NCBI GenBank assembly: GCA_951406725.2
Contig: OX597824.1
Location: 15,872,001 to 15,936,000 of the forward strand
Reading direction: 5' to 3'
Length of the DNA: 64,000 bases
Source of the DNA: Octopus vulgaris
Taxonomy: Eukaryota
Shown here: positions 1 to 13,140 of the stretch, piece by piece
How positions within the stretch are numbered: position 1 is the stretch's first letter
How the letters are laid out: every line of letters starts with the position of its first letter
Program-made: the position numbers and the translations under genes
Notes under the pieces: model-generated
The model's input: the letters and a program-made list of their open reading frames with translations, nothing else
Told to the model about the DNA's origin: nothing
Database searches by the model: none

Positions 1-100
1 ATAAACATAGATAGATGGACTCAAAAGTAATCCATTGTCAACAGAAAAAGAGAAAGTACTCAATACATAGCATAAAATACTTTTTCTAACTACGTTACTT

Positions 101-149
101 TTTTCTCGCAGCTGGAGTTTCCCGCCACTGCGATCATCAGGCAAGAAAA
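101..149 (-). ncRNA. Minimal type-I hammerhead ribozyme relic (Penelope-associated type)
   Basis: Minus strand reads TTTTCTTGC CTGATGA TCGC-agtg-GCGG GAAA CTCCAGCT GCGAGAAAA. This gives a 9-bp stem I (one G.U), an exact CUGAUGA/GAAA core and a 4-bp stem II. U16.1 appears mutated to C. Confidence 0.7.
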
Positions 150-595
150 CTTTTATATGGATATTCTAACTTGTTTTCTATACAAAAGAGTGAATTCTTA
201 AACAAAAAGAAATGCAGAATATTTCATTTCCTTCTATTTTCTCCATGAAACCCTAAACTTTTGTGCTTCTCGTTAACCCCATGACAAGTTGCACGTTCTA
301 ATCCGGAAATGTTTGTGCGTGCATGCGAAGGTGGATTTTTGCTGCCTTCCTTAGTGTGACTTTAAAGAAGCACCGTTTTGACGTTTCTATCCAATTCTTA
401 GAGAGAGCCAAAGAAGAAAATTGAATTTGGTGCTTTCTTTGTACTTTATCTACCGACCCCAAATTATGGAAAGTACGGTTGACTGCAGTAGAAACTGAAC
501 AGAAGTTGCACAAACAGAACAAAAAGATTATCTTCGATGCCCTAACGATTCTTTTTCTGTTGCCTCATCCACTCAGTTATAATTTTTTTTTGTTC

Positions 596-749
596 GTGGC
601 TGTGTGGAAAGTAGCTTGCTTACCAACCACGTGGTTCCGGGTTCAGTCCTACTGCGTCGTAGTTTGGGCAAGTGTCTTCTACTATAGCCTCATACCGACC
701 AAAGCCTTGTGAGCGGATTTGGTAAATGGAAACTGGAGGAAGCCCGTCG

Positions 750-799
<50 letters not shown>

Positions 800-988
800 T
801 ATATGTGTTTGCGTGTCTGTGTTTGTCCCCCGACGAACATCGCTTGACAACCGAAGGTGGTGTGTTTACGTCCCAAAAACTTAGCAGTTCGGCAAAAGAG
901 ACCGATAGAATAAGTACTAGGCTTACAAAGAATAAGTCCTGGGGTCGATTTGCTCGACTAAAGGCGCAGTCAAGCAAGTAAAAGAGCA
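596..988 (+). mobile_element. tRNA-derived SINE family A (CORE-like) with internal (AT)n(GT)n tract
   Basis: A-box-like TGGCTGTGTGG, B-box-like GGTTCAGTCC, CORE-like TTGGGCAAGTGTCTT and an internal microsatellite. More than 20 related copies or fragments occur in the window. Confidence 0.85.
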
Positions 989-1392
989 TACACTTGCGGA
1001 CATCGTTATCTATTGTTACCGTTTAGAATCACGTGAAGCCTAATTGAGCAAAACCCACGATGAAGCTAATACTAACACTTACCTTTCGCTTCTAATAAAA
1101 TCTAGGACTTTTATATTGAGTGTATTCCTCCTTGTGTATGACGGAGCGGATATTTGACAACTATTTTTAGCGTGTCGATCAACTAAGCAGTTATTTTCTC
1201 GTTGGCCGTAATCAAAGCATGGTTTTTCTGAGGTAATACTTCCGAATTGTCTCTGAATATTTCCACCTGTACTGGAGACAATTCTGCTATGTTTGCGGGC
1301 AGAATATTTGTCAGTTCTAGCTCTTCATATCCAGAGATCAAGAAATATATCTAATCCAATTCTCAGGATAGTAAGAGAGTGCTTTGCAATCT

Positions 1393-1451
<59 letters not shown>

Positions 1452-2482
1452 ATCTATCTATCTATGTGTCTATCTATATCTATGAATCTATCTATACTTA
1501 CATATACATTCACACAATCGTACATACACAAACATACATATGTAAATACATATGCATATACATATACATATAGAAATACATATACATACATATATACTCT
1601 TTTACTTGTTTCAGGACTTATTCTTTGTAAGCCCAGTACTTATTCTATCGGTCGCTTTTGCCGAACCGCTAGGTGACGGGGACGTAAACACACCAGCATC
1701 GGTTGTCAAGCAATGCTAGAGGGACAAACACAGACACACAAACATATACACACACATACATACATATATAGACTTCTTTCAGTTTCCGCTTACCAAATCC
1801 ACTCACAAGGCTTTGGTCGGCCCAAGGTGCCACGCAGTGGGAATGAACCCGGAACCATGTGGTTGGTTAGCAAGCTACTTACCACACAGCCTCTCCTGCG
1901 CCTATATTCTTTTATTCGTTTTTACTCTTTTATTTGTTTCAATCATTTTGACTGCGCCCATGCTGGAGCACCACCTTTAGTCGAGCAAATCGATCCCAGG
2001 ACTTATTCTTTGTAACCTTTGTTCGGCAAAAGGCTGTGCACCAGCATGGCCTCAGTCAAATGACTGAAACAAATAAAAGAAGAACAGAAGAAAAGATTAA
2101 AGCATTTTGCTTTTTAAACAAATTGAACCGATTAGTTTCCACATAAATTTTAACAACACAATCTTACGGAGACCATCAAAGGCCATGCGGACTGCGGTCG
2201 AGGACCTTTGATTTAAGACGAAAATATTCGGTTGGTTCGCTTTCACAGTCTGAGGAAGGCAAGGAAGCCGAAACTTTCAAATCTTCTCAATCGTTTATAG
2301 GTAAATGTTAATACATACGAACTCCACTGAAAAGACCTGAAGAATCCTTCGGTTTAATATTAAATTGTTCTTTTTTTTTGTAAATAGATTGGCATAGAAT
2401 AATCATTATATACGATGGATGCAGGCAAACATGCATATGCATAGAAATATGCGTATGTTTGTTAATAAACAGAAATGATTAC

Positions 2483-2524
<42 letters not shown>

Positions 2525-2608
2525 CTTTTTTGCGTATGTGTGAATGTGTATATACGATGACATATGGAAGATTTCTTGTCTTTCTACCCTAAAGCAAACA
2601 CTTAATTT

Positions 2609-2682
<74 letters not shown>

Positions 2683-2732
2683 TAGATAGATAGATAGATA
2701 GATATAAACATACATACATATACATTCATATA

Positions 2733-2799
<67 letters not shown>

Positions 2800-3264
2800 A
2801 TACATACGCATATACATATACATATATATATATATATATATACAATCTTTATCAGAATGTATGTACAAATACACACACACACACACACATATATATACAT
2901 ATATGTGTGTGTATGTATGTGTACATATGTATATGTATGCAAGTGTGCGTGCGCATGCATACATGTGTGCGTTTCTATATCTGTGTGTATGTGTGCGTGC
3001 ATGCTCGAATGTGTGCATGTATGTATATGCATGCAAATGTGTATGCATATGTGTGTGTGTGTTTATCAACCCATATTGTCCCTTAAACACAAAGCGTAGA
3101 TTCCTTTTTATCCAGTAGAAATCAAACGACAACAATTACAGGAAAACCCTGAGATAATCGTGTCGCCTGGCACGTGTCAGGCAGACAGGCCACCAGACTG
3201 CTGCTAAACAGTGAAACAGCCAATCGGCCAGAGTAATCTCGGATGGGACATACAGACAGCTTAT

Positions 3265-3499
3265 TGAAGGCGGCGAGCTGGCAGAATCGTTAGCACGCCG
3301 GGCGAAATGCTTAGCAGTATTTCTTCTGCCGCTACGTTCTGAGTTCAAATTCCGCCGAGGTCGACTTTGCCTTTCATCCTTTCGGGGTCGATAAATTAAG
3401 TACCAATTACGCACTGGGGTCGATGTAATCGACTTAATCCCTTTGTCTGTCCTTGTTTGTCCCCCTCTGTGTTTAGCCCCTTGTGGGTAGTAAAGAAAT
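3265..3499 (+). mobile_element. SINE family B monomer with 17-bp target-site duplication
   Basis: Head GGCGGCGAGCTGGCAGAA..GAGTTCAAATTCC, ending TAAAGAAAT. Flanked by ACATACAGACAGCTTAT at 3248-3264 and 3500-3516. Confidence 0.9.
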
Positions 3500-4739
3500 A
3501 CATACAGACAGCTTATGTGATAGATCGTACTAGTAAAATCGCTATATAGTTCTTATATTCAAATTCTACCACCATTTTCTCTGTCTGTATCCATCTCTCG
3601 ATTTCTCTCTGTTACCCTCTTTCTCTTCCTCAAACACATATTCTTGTAAAATCGCATCCCTTAAGAATTATTCTTCGAGCCATATCGTGACATCTGTTAG
3701 AAGAGTAGTGTAGAATATTGAGTGGGAAAGATTTGTAGAAAGTGGTAATATCTTTGAGCGATATCTATACAGGAGTGGCTGTGTGGCAAGAAGCTTGCTT
3801 CACAACCACATGGTCCCGGGTTCAGTCCCACTGTGTGACAACTTGGGCAAGTGTCTTTTACTATAGCCTCGGGTCGACCAAAGCCTTGTGAATGGATTTA
3901 GCAGATAGAAATTGAAAGAAACCCGTCGTATATATATATATATTTCAAATTCCACCGAGGTCGACTTTGCCCTTCATCCTTTCGGGGTCGATAAATTAAG
4001 TACCACTTACGCACTGGGGTCGATATAATATATATATATATATGTATGTATGTATGTATGTATGAATGTATGTATGTATGTATGTATGGATGGATGGATG
4101 GATATGTGTATGTATGCATGCATGTATGTATGTATGTATGTATGTATATGTTTGTGTGTCTGTGTTTGTGTCCCCCCACCCATCATCGCTTGACAACCGA
4201 TGCTGGTATGTTTCCATCACCGTAACTTAGTGGTTCAGCAAAAGAGACCGATAGAATAAGAACTAGGCTTACAATAGAATAAGTCCTGGGGTTGATTTGT
4301 TCAACCAGAGGCGGTGTTGGGAGTGGTAGGGCCGTGGTACCAGTGATAGTGATGGTGGTATTAGCTTAAACTGTTGAAGCAGTAGTAGTGATCACAGTAC
4401 GAGACAGGGGTGTTGATAATAGTAGTACTAGTACTAGTAGTAGTGGTAGTTGTATTGGCTGTAGTAAAATGATTGGGGTAATTGGGGTGGTGATGGGGTA
4501 GTAGTATAAGCTGTTGAATTAGTAGTGATAAGGATCATGGCACGGATTAGAGTGGTGGTGACCATAGGAGTCGTTGTGGTGGTAGCTGTAGTAGTAATAG
4601 TGGTATGGTCGTTGAAATAGTAGCGGGATTGGTGGTTGTAGTATAAGCTGTCGTCGTAGTAGTGGTATTGATCATGGTAATAGGAGTGGAGGTGTGGTCA
4701 TGGCAGTGGCTGTTGTGGTATTAGTCGTAGTAATAACGA

Positions 4740-4746
4740 TGAATCC

Positions 4747-4839
<93 letters not shown>

Positions 4840-5313
4840 TGTATTAGCCTTCATCATAGTAGTGATTATGGCCGAGGTTTTCCATTCGAGACCGAACTCA
4901 TATAAAAAAAAATTTTAGAAAATTATTTCAACTACCATATGTAGTGGGAGTTAAGTGTGGAGAATTCATACACTTTCTCCAGTAAAACTGCTTAATCTGA
5001 CCTGACTGAATGATGGTAGCGGCCTACTCTGGTTCTGGTCATACGTGGCACCTAAATCGTAAGCACAAAATTGCTACAATGGTCTCGAAGAACACTCAGT
5101 AGGCCTTTTGTGGGGCGGCTTTTTTGATTGGTCCGAGGTGGCTGCTCCTTCTTACACGTTAAGGGTACACGTGTGTACTATATCTTTCACGTCATTTATA
5201 TATTTGGCTGTTATTTCCACGTATCATGTACCATGTTACAATCTGTGTAAACCTCAGGCCCATCACCATCATCACAACCATCACCAACAACACGACCACC
5301 ACAGCCACTACCT

Positions 5314-5348
<35 letters not shown>

Positions 5349-5610
5349 GTGGTAGTAGTAGTAGTGGTTGTGGTGGTAGTAGTAGTGGTGGTGGTAGTAG
5401 TATTAGTAGTGGTGGTAGTGGTGGTGGTGATGATGGTGGTGGTTGTGGTGGTAGTGGTGGTTGTAGTGATGGTAGTAGTAGTAGTGGTGGTGACAGTAAT
5501 CGTGGTTAGAGTCGGTGGCTGTGGCACTGGTGGCGGTGGTAGAAGGGTGATAGTCGTGGTAGATGCAGTGCTGGTGGTAGTGGTGGTGGCGGTAACAGAC
5601 GCAGCAATAA

Positions 5611-5699
<89 letters not shown>

Positions 5700-5768
5700 A
5701 TGGTGGTGGTGGTGGTGGTGATCAGGATAATGGTGGTGATAGCGACGCTGGTGCTGTTGTTGTTGTTG

Positions 5769-5834
<66 letters not shown>

Positions 5835-5898
5835 ATGGTGGTGGTGATCAGGATAATGGTGGTGATAGCGACGCTGGTGCTGTTGTTGTTGTTGTTGG

Positions 5899-5937
<39 letters not shown>

Positions 5938-6000
5938 AAGTAGTAGTAGTAGTGGTGGTGGTGGCGGTGGTGGTGGTTGTCATGATGGTAGTAGTTTGTA
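4740..6000. repeat. Compound trinucleotide microsatellites (TAT)n/(TAG)n/(GGT)n with an internal duplication
   Basis: Read directly. GGTGATCAGGATAATGGTGGTGATAGCGACGCTGGTGCTG occurs near 5716 and again near 5843. Confidence 0.9.
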
Positions 6001-6493
6001 TGATTCTTAATTCCATGTTTTGAGAATTAATTGAACTCACCAGACACGGCTCAATCCGAATATAATTGGGAAAATGAATAATCTCCGCTCCTGTGCAAAA
6101 TGCAAGACTTAAATGTTTTAATCCCTTCATTCGGCTTTACAGCGGCCTACACCGTACCATATCACCACCATCACCACCACCACCACCACCACCACCACCA
6201 GCTCTACCGCCGCCTCCACACCACCGGGACTTCTCACTTATATATGTAAGCATACATGCACGTATCAGTGTATAAACATACACACACACACACATATACA
6301 CATACCCATGTGTGTGAGTGCGTGGACATGTATGTATGTATATATATATGTGTGTGTGTGTGTATGTATGTGTGTGTGTATGTATGTATGTATGTATGTA
6401 TAATATGAAGTAATGACCTGCTTATCTGCCCCTCACACAAACATACTTGATAACAGAAATCTTCCGTTTAGCGTTAGGCTCCCAAACATGATA

Positions 6494-6526
<33 letters not shown>

Positions 6527-6706
6527 ATATATATATATATGTATACATATGCATTATATATGCTTACATACACAATCACATATATATATATATATTTGTA
6601 TATACACATATATATATATATATACATATATGTACATATATAAACATATACGCATGCACATATATACATACCCACATATGTATAAATGTATACATGTATG
6701 TATGCA

Positions 6707-6740
<34 letters not shown>

Positions 6741-6839
6741 ATATATATATATATATATACACATAAGAAAATTGATTTTTATAGATCTCTAATCTTTCTC
6801 CAGCTATGTATATATATATATGTATGTATATATGTGTAT

Positions 6840-6906
<67 letters not shown>

Positions 6907-6964
6907 TAAATAAATAAATGCATACATACTTACATATGTCCATGCATTCATACATACACTGGTA

Positions 6965-7230
6965 AATATTCTAATCATCCACCATAATTCACCGGAATTT
7001 AGTTACCGACATAAGTACGCGTATCTCCTCCTTATCAACTGATGAAACCGCCTTCAACGCTGTTTCATCTCACTATAATGAGCTGCTCTGGGAGACTTGG
7101 TTGCAGATCAAATCCATTATATTGCTATTTCTTACAGGCTTAGAAATACCAATAGAAAATAATAGCTAAAAGGAATTGTGGTTTAATCCACCTTTTGGTC
7201 CTAATGATTTAGGAAGAAAATTATTTTACT
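6965..7230 (+). pseudogene. Decayed Penelope-like element ORF fragment (C-terminal to the RT domain)
   Basis: Translates with frameshifts to [51 protein letters not shown]. This matches the SNHPP / RIS.LS / WFNPPF motifs of PLE ORFs. Confidence 0.75.
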
Positions 7231-8130
7231 TGTTTCAGTCATTAAACTGGAGTAATGCTGGGGCACCACCTTTGGCGGTTTAGACAGAGGTCAACAGTGA
7301 GCTTTGTGCTAACTTTGAAGGTCTCTTTTTGTTGAACCACTAAGTTACGGAAACTTAATCAAATCAACACTAAAAAACACAAACATAAACATAGACATTC
7401 ACGTACGCACATACACATACACACTCACATACAAATATAAGATGGGCTTCTTTTAGTTACCGTTCACCAAATCCATCCTAAGGGCTTTGGTTCCACGGCG
7501 TAAGACTGAACCCAGAACCTTATGGTTGGGAATTAAACTATCTATCAGACAGTCAAGGAATCTAGATATAGAACTATCAACGCAAGCAACTGATTGTCAG
7601 CTAGTCTTGTAAAATTTTGCAACTTTTGATAACCGTGTATGTCGGTCAAGCTTTAACCATGGGACGCGTGTTGACTTACGAGATTTAGCGGAGAACAAGA
7701 ATAGGCTGAAGAGCGTTCAACTCTGCGAAGGTTTGTTGAAAGCAACCTCTAAAAGAGTGTTCATTACAAAAGCAATTCATCGGTGTAATGGAAACTTTAT
7801 GACAATGCGGTTTCCGACCCTGTTGTATATCTCCTCAGTCAAACTTACTTCGTCAAACTGATGAATTTAACAGCGATTTGATATTCAACTTCGAGTGTGT
7901 TTCAATGTATTAAGCAAGTATTCTTTTGCTCTTTGATTCTTTCACTTGATTCAATTATTTGACGACTGCGGCCATGCTGGAGCACCGCCTTTAGTCGAAT
8001 AAATCGACTCCAGGACTTATTCTTTGTAAACCTAGTACTTATTCTATCGGTCTCTTTTGCCGAACCGCTAAGTTACGAGGACGTAAACACACCAACATCC
8101 GTTGTCCGTATGTATGTATGTATGTATGTA

Positions 8131-8869
8131 GCTAGGTCAGAGATCCCTGACCTAGCTATCGGGAAGCATTGCCCCTTCGGGATAAGCTCTACAGGCACTG
8201 TTCAAGAAACACCGGACTGACTTGCTCGAGATGCGGTCAGAGCGACGAATCATTCTGCACGCACTCATGCAATGTCAAAACATTTCAGACCTCTGGGCTT
8301 ATGTCGAAAGGCTGCTGTCATGTGCGGGACGAATTCGGTTGTCGGGTGAGTCCATCGTGAATAATACCCTGTCACCTTCCTTTAACCGGGAATGCAAGGC
8401 AGTTTTCACTGTACTGGTGGCTATGGTGAAACAATGTGTGTGGTGGACTCGTGCGAAAGGTTTAGGAGTAAACACTTTCCACTCTGGCCAACGTCTCATC
8501 AACTTCTTCAAGTATCATTTAAAGAGAAAGGTGAGATTAAAGAGGGAAGTTTTGTCTAATGAAAGGTTCATCAAAAGGTGGGTGAATGTGGCAAGGATGG
8601 TTCGAATAAGTTACGGAGCCTCCTTGTCCTCTCTGTGATCGGCCCTAATAAAGAAATCTGTCTATCTATCTACACGATCCCTATTGATCGGCGCCACCTT
8701 ATTTTTTATTTTTAGTTTTTTTACGACCTCTTTTGATCGGAATTCCACCCTTTTTTTCACGATCCTTTTTGATTGGAATTTGCCCCTCCCCGCGTTTTTC
8801 CCTTCTCTTCTTCCCAAAAATACTTTGTATTTTGTCCCGTGTTTAGCCCTGCGTGGCCAATAAAGAAAT
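8131..8869 (+). mobile_element. 5'-truncated Tx1/L1-group non-LTR retrotransposon (zf-RVT C-terminus plus 3'UTR)
   Basis: ALPLRDKL..CSRCGQSDES/ILHALMQC..LW..VKQCVWWTR..FIKRW, with one frameshift near 8250. Ends AATAAAGAAAT followed by (CTAT/CTGT)n. Confidence 0.8.
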
Positions 8870-8880
8870 CTATCTATCTA

Positions 8881-8950
<70 letters not shown>

Positions 8951-9004
8951 CGTCTGTCTGTCTGTATGTCTGTCTGCCTGTCTGTCTCTCTGTCTATCTG
9001 TCTG

Positions 9005-9051
<47 letters not shown>

Positions 9052-9701
9052 GTGTGCATGTGTATATATGCATGTGTGTATCTTTACACGCACACACCAC
9101 ACACGTACACGCAAACAGACACACACGCATATATATGTGTGTGTGTTTGCAAGCGTGCATGTTTTTTGAGCCTTGCTTTATGGCGATTGTTCGTTTTACT
9201 TGTTATTCTCTTAGTTTTTCTTCTTGAACAGACGGCCTTAAAGGACTGGGCGTACTTCTCAGCATCTGTTTCAACTGATGATGTTGCTGCGAGATATATC
9301 AAAGAGTGATAAATAACATGAGCTCGAGACATTCATTTTTTTTTTTTTTTAAAGATTCTTTTCAAAGATAAAAATGTAGAGAAAATTATTTACAAAAAAT
9401 TTTCTGAAAGAAAGCTGATACGACTTTCGCGTTCGTTTCAGTTTTGAGCTTTTTATAAGAAAGAAGTTAAAAAATTATTCATTTCTTATTTATGTGTGAA
9501 TGTGTTACAATTCAATCCCTCTGAAGAAAGAATAACTTAAATGAGGAAGTAAAAAAAAATTGTGTTGAGTATGCCAGACATTTGATAACAGATCAAGCAC
9601 TGATATCTTACATATTTTTAAAAAAATAATTTTTAAGTACACGCGGCTTAGCATGCGCGCCTGTATTTTCGGACGTACAGGCGTATATATATTATAAAAG
9701 A

Positions 9702-9990
9702 CTAGCAGTATCGCCCGGCGTTGCTCGGGTTTGTAAGGGAAATAACTATATAAGCATTTTTAGAGAGTTACTTCCCTTATATAGTAACCAAAAAATGCAT
9801 TAAAAATGGGAAAAAGATTATGGTAAATTGTTTTTTAAATCGTAGACGCGCGCTAATACCCAGAAGGGCTCGATATGAATGACGACTATAAGATACTCGC
9901 TTTTGGTTAAACTGCACCGCAAAATGTGGGAGTAGTTAGGAATCTAATTCATAGGAGACAGACACACAACTTCACTTTTATATATAAAGA
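9702..9990 (-). mobile_element. Non-autonomous Helitron
   Basis: Minus strand a|TCTTTATATATAAAA...CCCGAGCAACGCCGGG..CTAG|t. Shows 5' TC, a subterminal hairpin, 3' CTAG and insertion at A|T. Homologous to 55239-56144. Confidence 0.88.
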
Positions 9991-10559
9991 TATATGCGTA
10001 CGTATACACGGTTTCATACATGTATGTGTGTCTTGAATGTGTGTGTATATTGATAGACTGATATGAAGATTATATTTACATGTGCATGTATACATGGCAT
10101 ACCTATGCATATGTATATGTTTGTGCATGTGTGTGTATATATATGTATATATATACATATATATATATACATACATACATACATACATGCATGCATGCAT
10201 GCATGCATGCATGCATGCATACATACATATATACATACATACATACATACATATACACATGCATACATACGTACATACATACATACATACATGCATACAT
10301 ACTTATATACACACATGCATACATACGTACATACATACATACGTACGTACATGCATACATACATACGTACGTACATGCAAACATACATACATACATACAT
10401 ACATACATACATACGTACATACATACATACATACATACATACATGCATACGTACATACATACGTATATACGTACGTACATACATACATACATACATACAT
10501 ACATACATACATACATACGTACGTACATACATACATACATACATACATACATACATACA

Positions 10560-10591
<32 letters not shown>

Positions 10592-10655
10592 CATATATGT
10601 GAGTGTGTGTGTACACAGACATATATACTCTAATAAATATTTATACATATATATT

Positions 10656-10704
<49 letters not shown>

Positions 10705-11193
10705 CACTCACAAACACATTTATATATGTGGAGAGCGGGAGAGAAAGAGGAGGGGAAACAAAATGGAAGAGAGAAAGGGAGAGAAGGATAGAAGGAGTGA
10801 GGGAGAGTGAGAAAGAGAGAGAGAGAGATCTTGGAAACAAAGTAGCAGTTTTTTTCGCTTGTTCTTAAATTCTGTTCTTTCATGTTCAGATAAATTGTTG
10901 GATTTTTTTTCTTATCCTAATCTCTTAATCACGCTATCTTTCAGACCATACTGTGTGGCCGACCACACATAATGGAGTTTCATTTCATTGGATTATTTCT
11001 CTATTTGAAATATGAACAATCACTATACATGTTTAAGGCCCCGGAACTTAGTAATCTAAACTGTAAAAACGGCTGACTGGTTGCTAGTTTAACCTTTTGC
11101 CCGTTCATAGTATATTCATAACGTTGTCCTAAATGTTCATGCTTCTTCCAGACATTTTGTGAATCCTTTTTTACATACATTCGAGTAAAAATG

Positions 11194-11445
11194 AGGGTAA
11201 AGACTCTCATCGGTTATGAATGACCATTGGATAGCAGCTAGAACGTTCCCCTCCTAGGTACAAGTCCGGCTTAGGCTGTTTATGGAAGACCAGTAGCCAC
11301 ACATGCATTCCAGTCTCCCCTCTCTATGCCACCGGTGTTATCCAAGGGAAAGGCAAAGGCTGATACAGCTTGGCACCAGTGACGTCGCAACTCATTTCTA
11401 CAGCTGAGTGAACCGGAGAAATAGGAAATGAAGTGTCTTGCGCAA
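11194..11445 (-). mobile_element. SINE family C, 3' part
   Basis: Reverse-complement similarity to 58500-58763. Confidence 0.7.
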
Positions 11446-11499
11446 AGCTTTCTTTTCATAAGTCCGAAGTTGTAAAGATAATTTATGAAGAAAGAATAT

Positions 11500-12320
11500 A
11501 GTTCCGGAATTCGGAATGAATTATTTTAAATATAAGCCCTCTCATGAAACTTGCGGTGAAATGTTGTCATAAGTTACTTTCCATGGCCCCAGCAGAAAAA
11601 ATGGAAAAGGTGTTACCTCGGAGGATAGCGAGGGAGATGTGCTGAAACAACCACTCTCGCTCACGAGGCTTGCATTTGCAGACGGCCCTTTCCGCCCCGA
11701 TAGCGATGAGCAAAGATACGGTGTAGGGGCCAAGAACGCCGGAGGTTTCCACTGCCACAGGCTCGACCATAAATCTGTCGGAGAGTGACCGACACCTTGA
11801 CAGTTAGCTTTTTCTCAACCTGACGAGGAGCGGAGCCTGGGTTGGTAGCTGACCACATCAAGTTGTTGCTGGAGAAGGTATCACATAAGGCGGCGAGCTG
11901 GCAGAATCGTTAGCACGCCGGGCGACACGCGTAGCCGTATTTCGTCTGCCGTTACGTTCTGAGTTCAAATTCCGCCGAGGTCGACTTTGCCTTTCATCCT
12001 TTCGGGGTCGATAAATTGAGTACAAGTTACGCACTGGGGTCGATGTATTCGACTTAATCCGTTTGTCTGTCCTTGTTTGTCCCCTCTGTGTTTAGCTCCT
12101 TCTGGGTAGTAAAGAAATAGGTGCCACAGAATCTGGAATCCTAGATGAGGGGACTGCCAACACGGAATAGGGAAATTATCATACCGTTCGAAGTTGCTCC
12201 GGTGGTTGAAAAAGTTGGGAATGTGTATCATATAGGACGCATGGATGCCAAGGAAATTTTTCCTGTGTATCTCGTGACACACGGGACAAGCAAAAGCCTA
12301 CGCGGTAAAATACAATGATG
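11500..12320 (-). pseudogene. CRE-clade-like non-LTR retrotransposon 3' fragment (restriction-like endonuclease), interrupted by a SINE B
   Basis: Minus-strand translation GSPLI*D..CDTFS..PGSAPRQVEKK..FMVEPVAVETSGVLG..REREWLFQHISLAILRGN fits the WD.T..DT / P.A.ET.G / FQR.S.A..RGN pattern. Confidence 0.75.
11888..12119 (+). mobile_element. SINE family B monomer nested in the CRE-like fragment
   Basis: Same head and tail as 3265-3499. Confidence 0.88.
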
Positions 12321-12519
12321 AAGAATTAATTTGCATATTGCTGTAGATGCAAGCACGGCTGTGTAGTTAAGAAACTTGTTTTGTAGCCACGGGGTTTCGG
12401 GTTCAGTGTCACAGCACGGTACCTTGGACAAGAGCTTTCTACAGCCCCAAGCCGCCCGATGCCTTGTGAGTGAATACGGTAGAAAGGAAAGCCCGTTGTG
12501 TAAATATATATTAATATAT

Positions 12520-12610
12520 ACCGCAATCCATCAACTACCGCGAGTGCTATGTTGCAAAAACCCCGCGATAGGTGAAAGTCCGTGAAGTAGAAACAGAACT
12601 CTATATATTT
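12520..12610 (+). mobile_element. Possible Tigger/pogo-like terminal fragment
   Basis: ..ACTACCGCG..AAAACCCCGCGATAGGTGAAAGTCCG.GAAGTAG resembles pogo-family subterminal sequence as recalled from memory. No partner TIR was found. Confidence 0.3.
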
Positions 12611-12740
12611 TTTGTTATTTCTATAATATGTATATAGTTATTTTATTATAAATACAAAACAACACCCGGAAGTCTGTATCTTTATATATACATATATCTA
12701 TATATATACACACCTATATATACATACATACATACATACA

Positions 12741-12879
<139 letters not shown>

Positions 12880-13140
12880 ACGAGCAAGTCAACCTCTTTG
12901 CTTATTTATATGTTTGGTAGTAACGTTATATGTCCCTACCGACAAACCGCTAAATTACGTGGACGTAAACAAACCAATACCGGATGTTAAACGATGTTAG
13001 GGCACAAACACAAGCTGTGTAACTTTGAGTCTGTGCTTGGATTTGTCCATCAACATCGCTTGACAAGCGGTATTGGTTGGTTTACGTTACCGTAGTTTAG
13101 CGGTACCTATAGCATTACTGCTAAAAAAAATACTGGAATC

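Noticed and set aside
9232-9309. Acceptor-like site with a short frame (TALKDWAYF..), also a CTGATGA
   Set aside because: No convincing donor or homology, and hammerhead stems I/II do not form.
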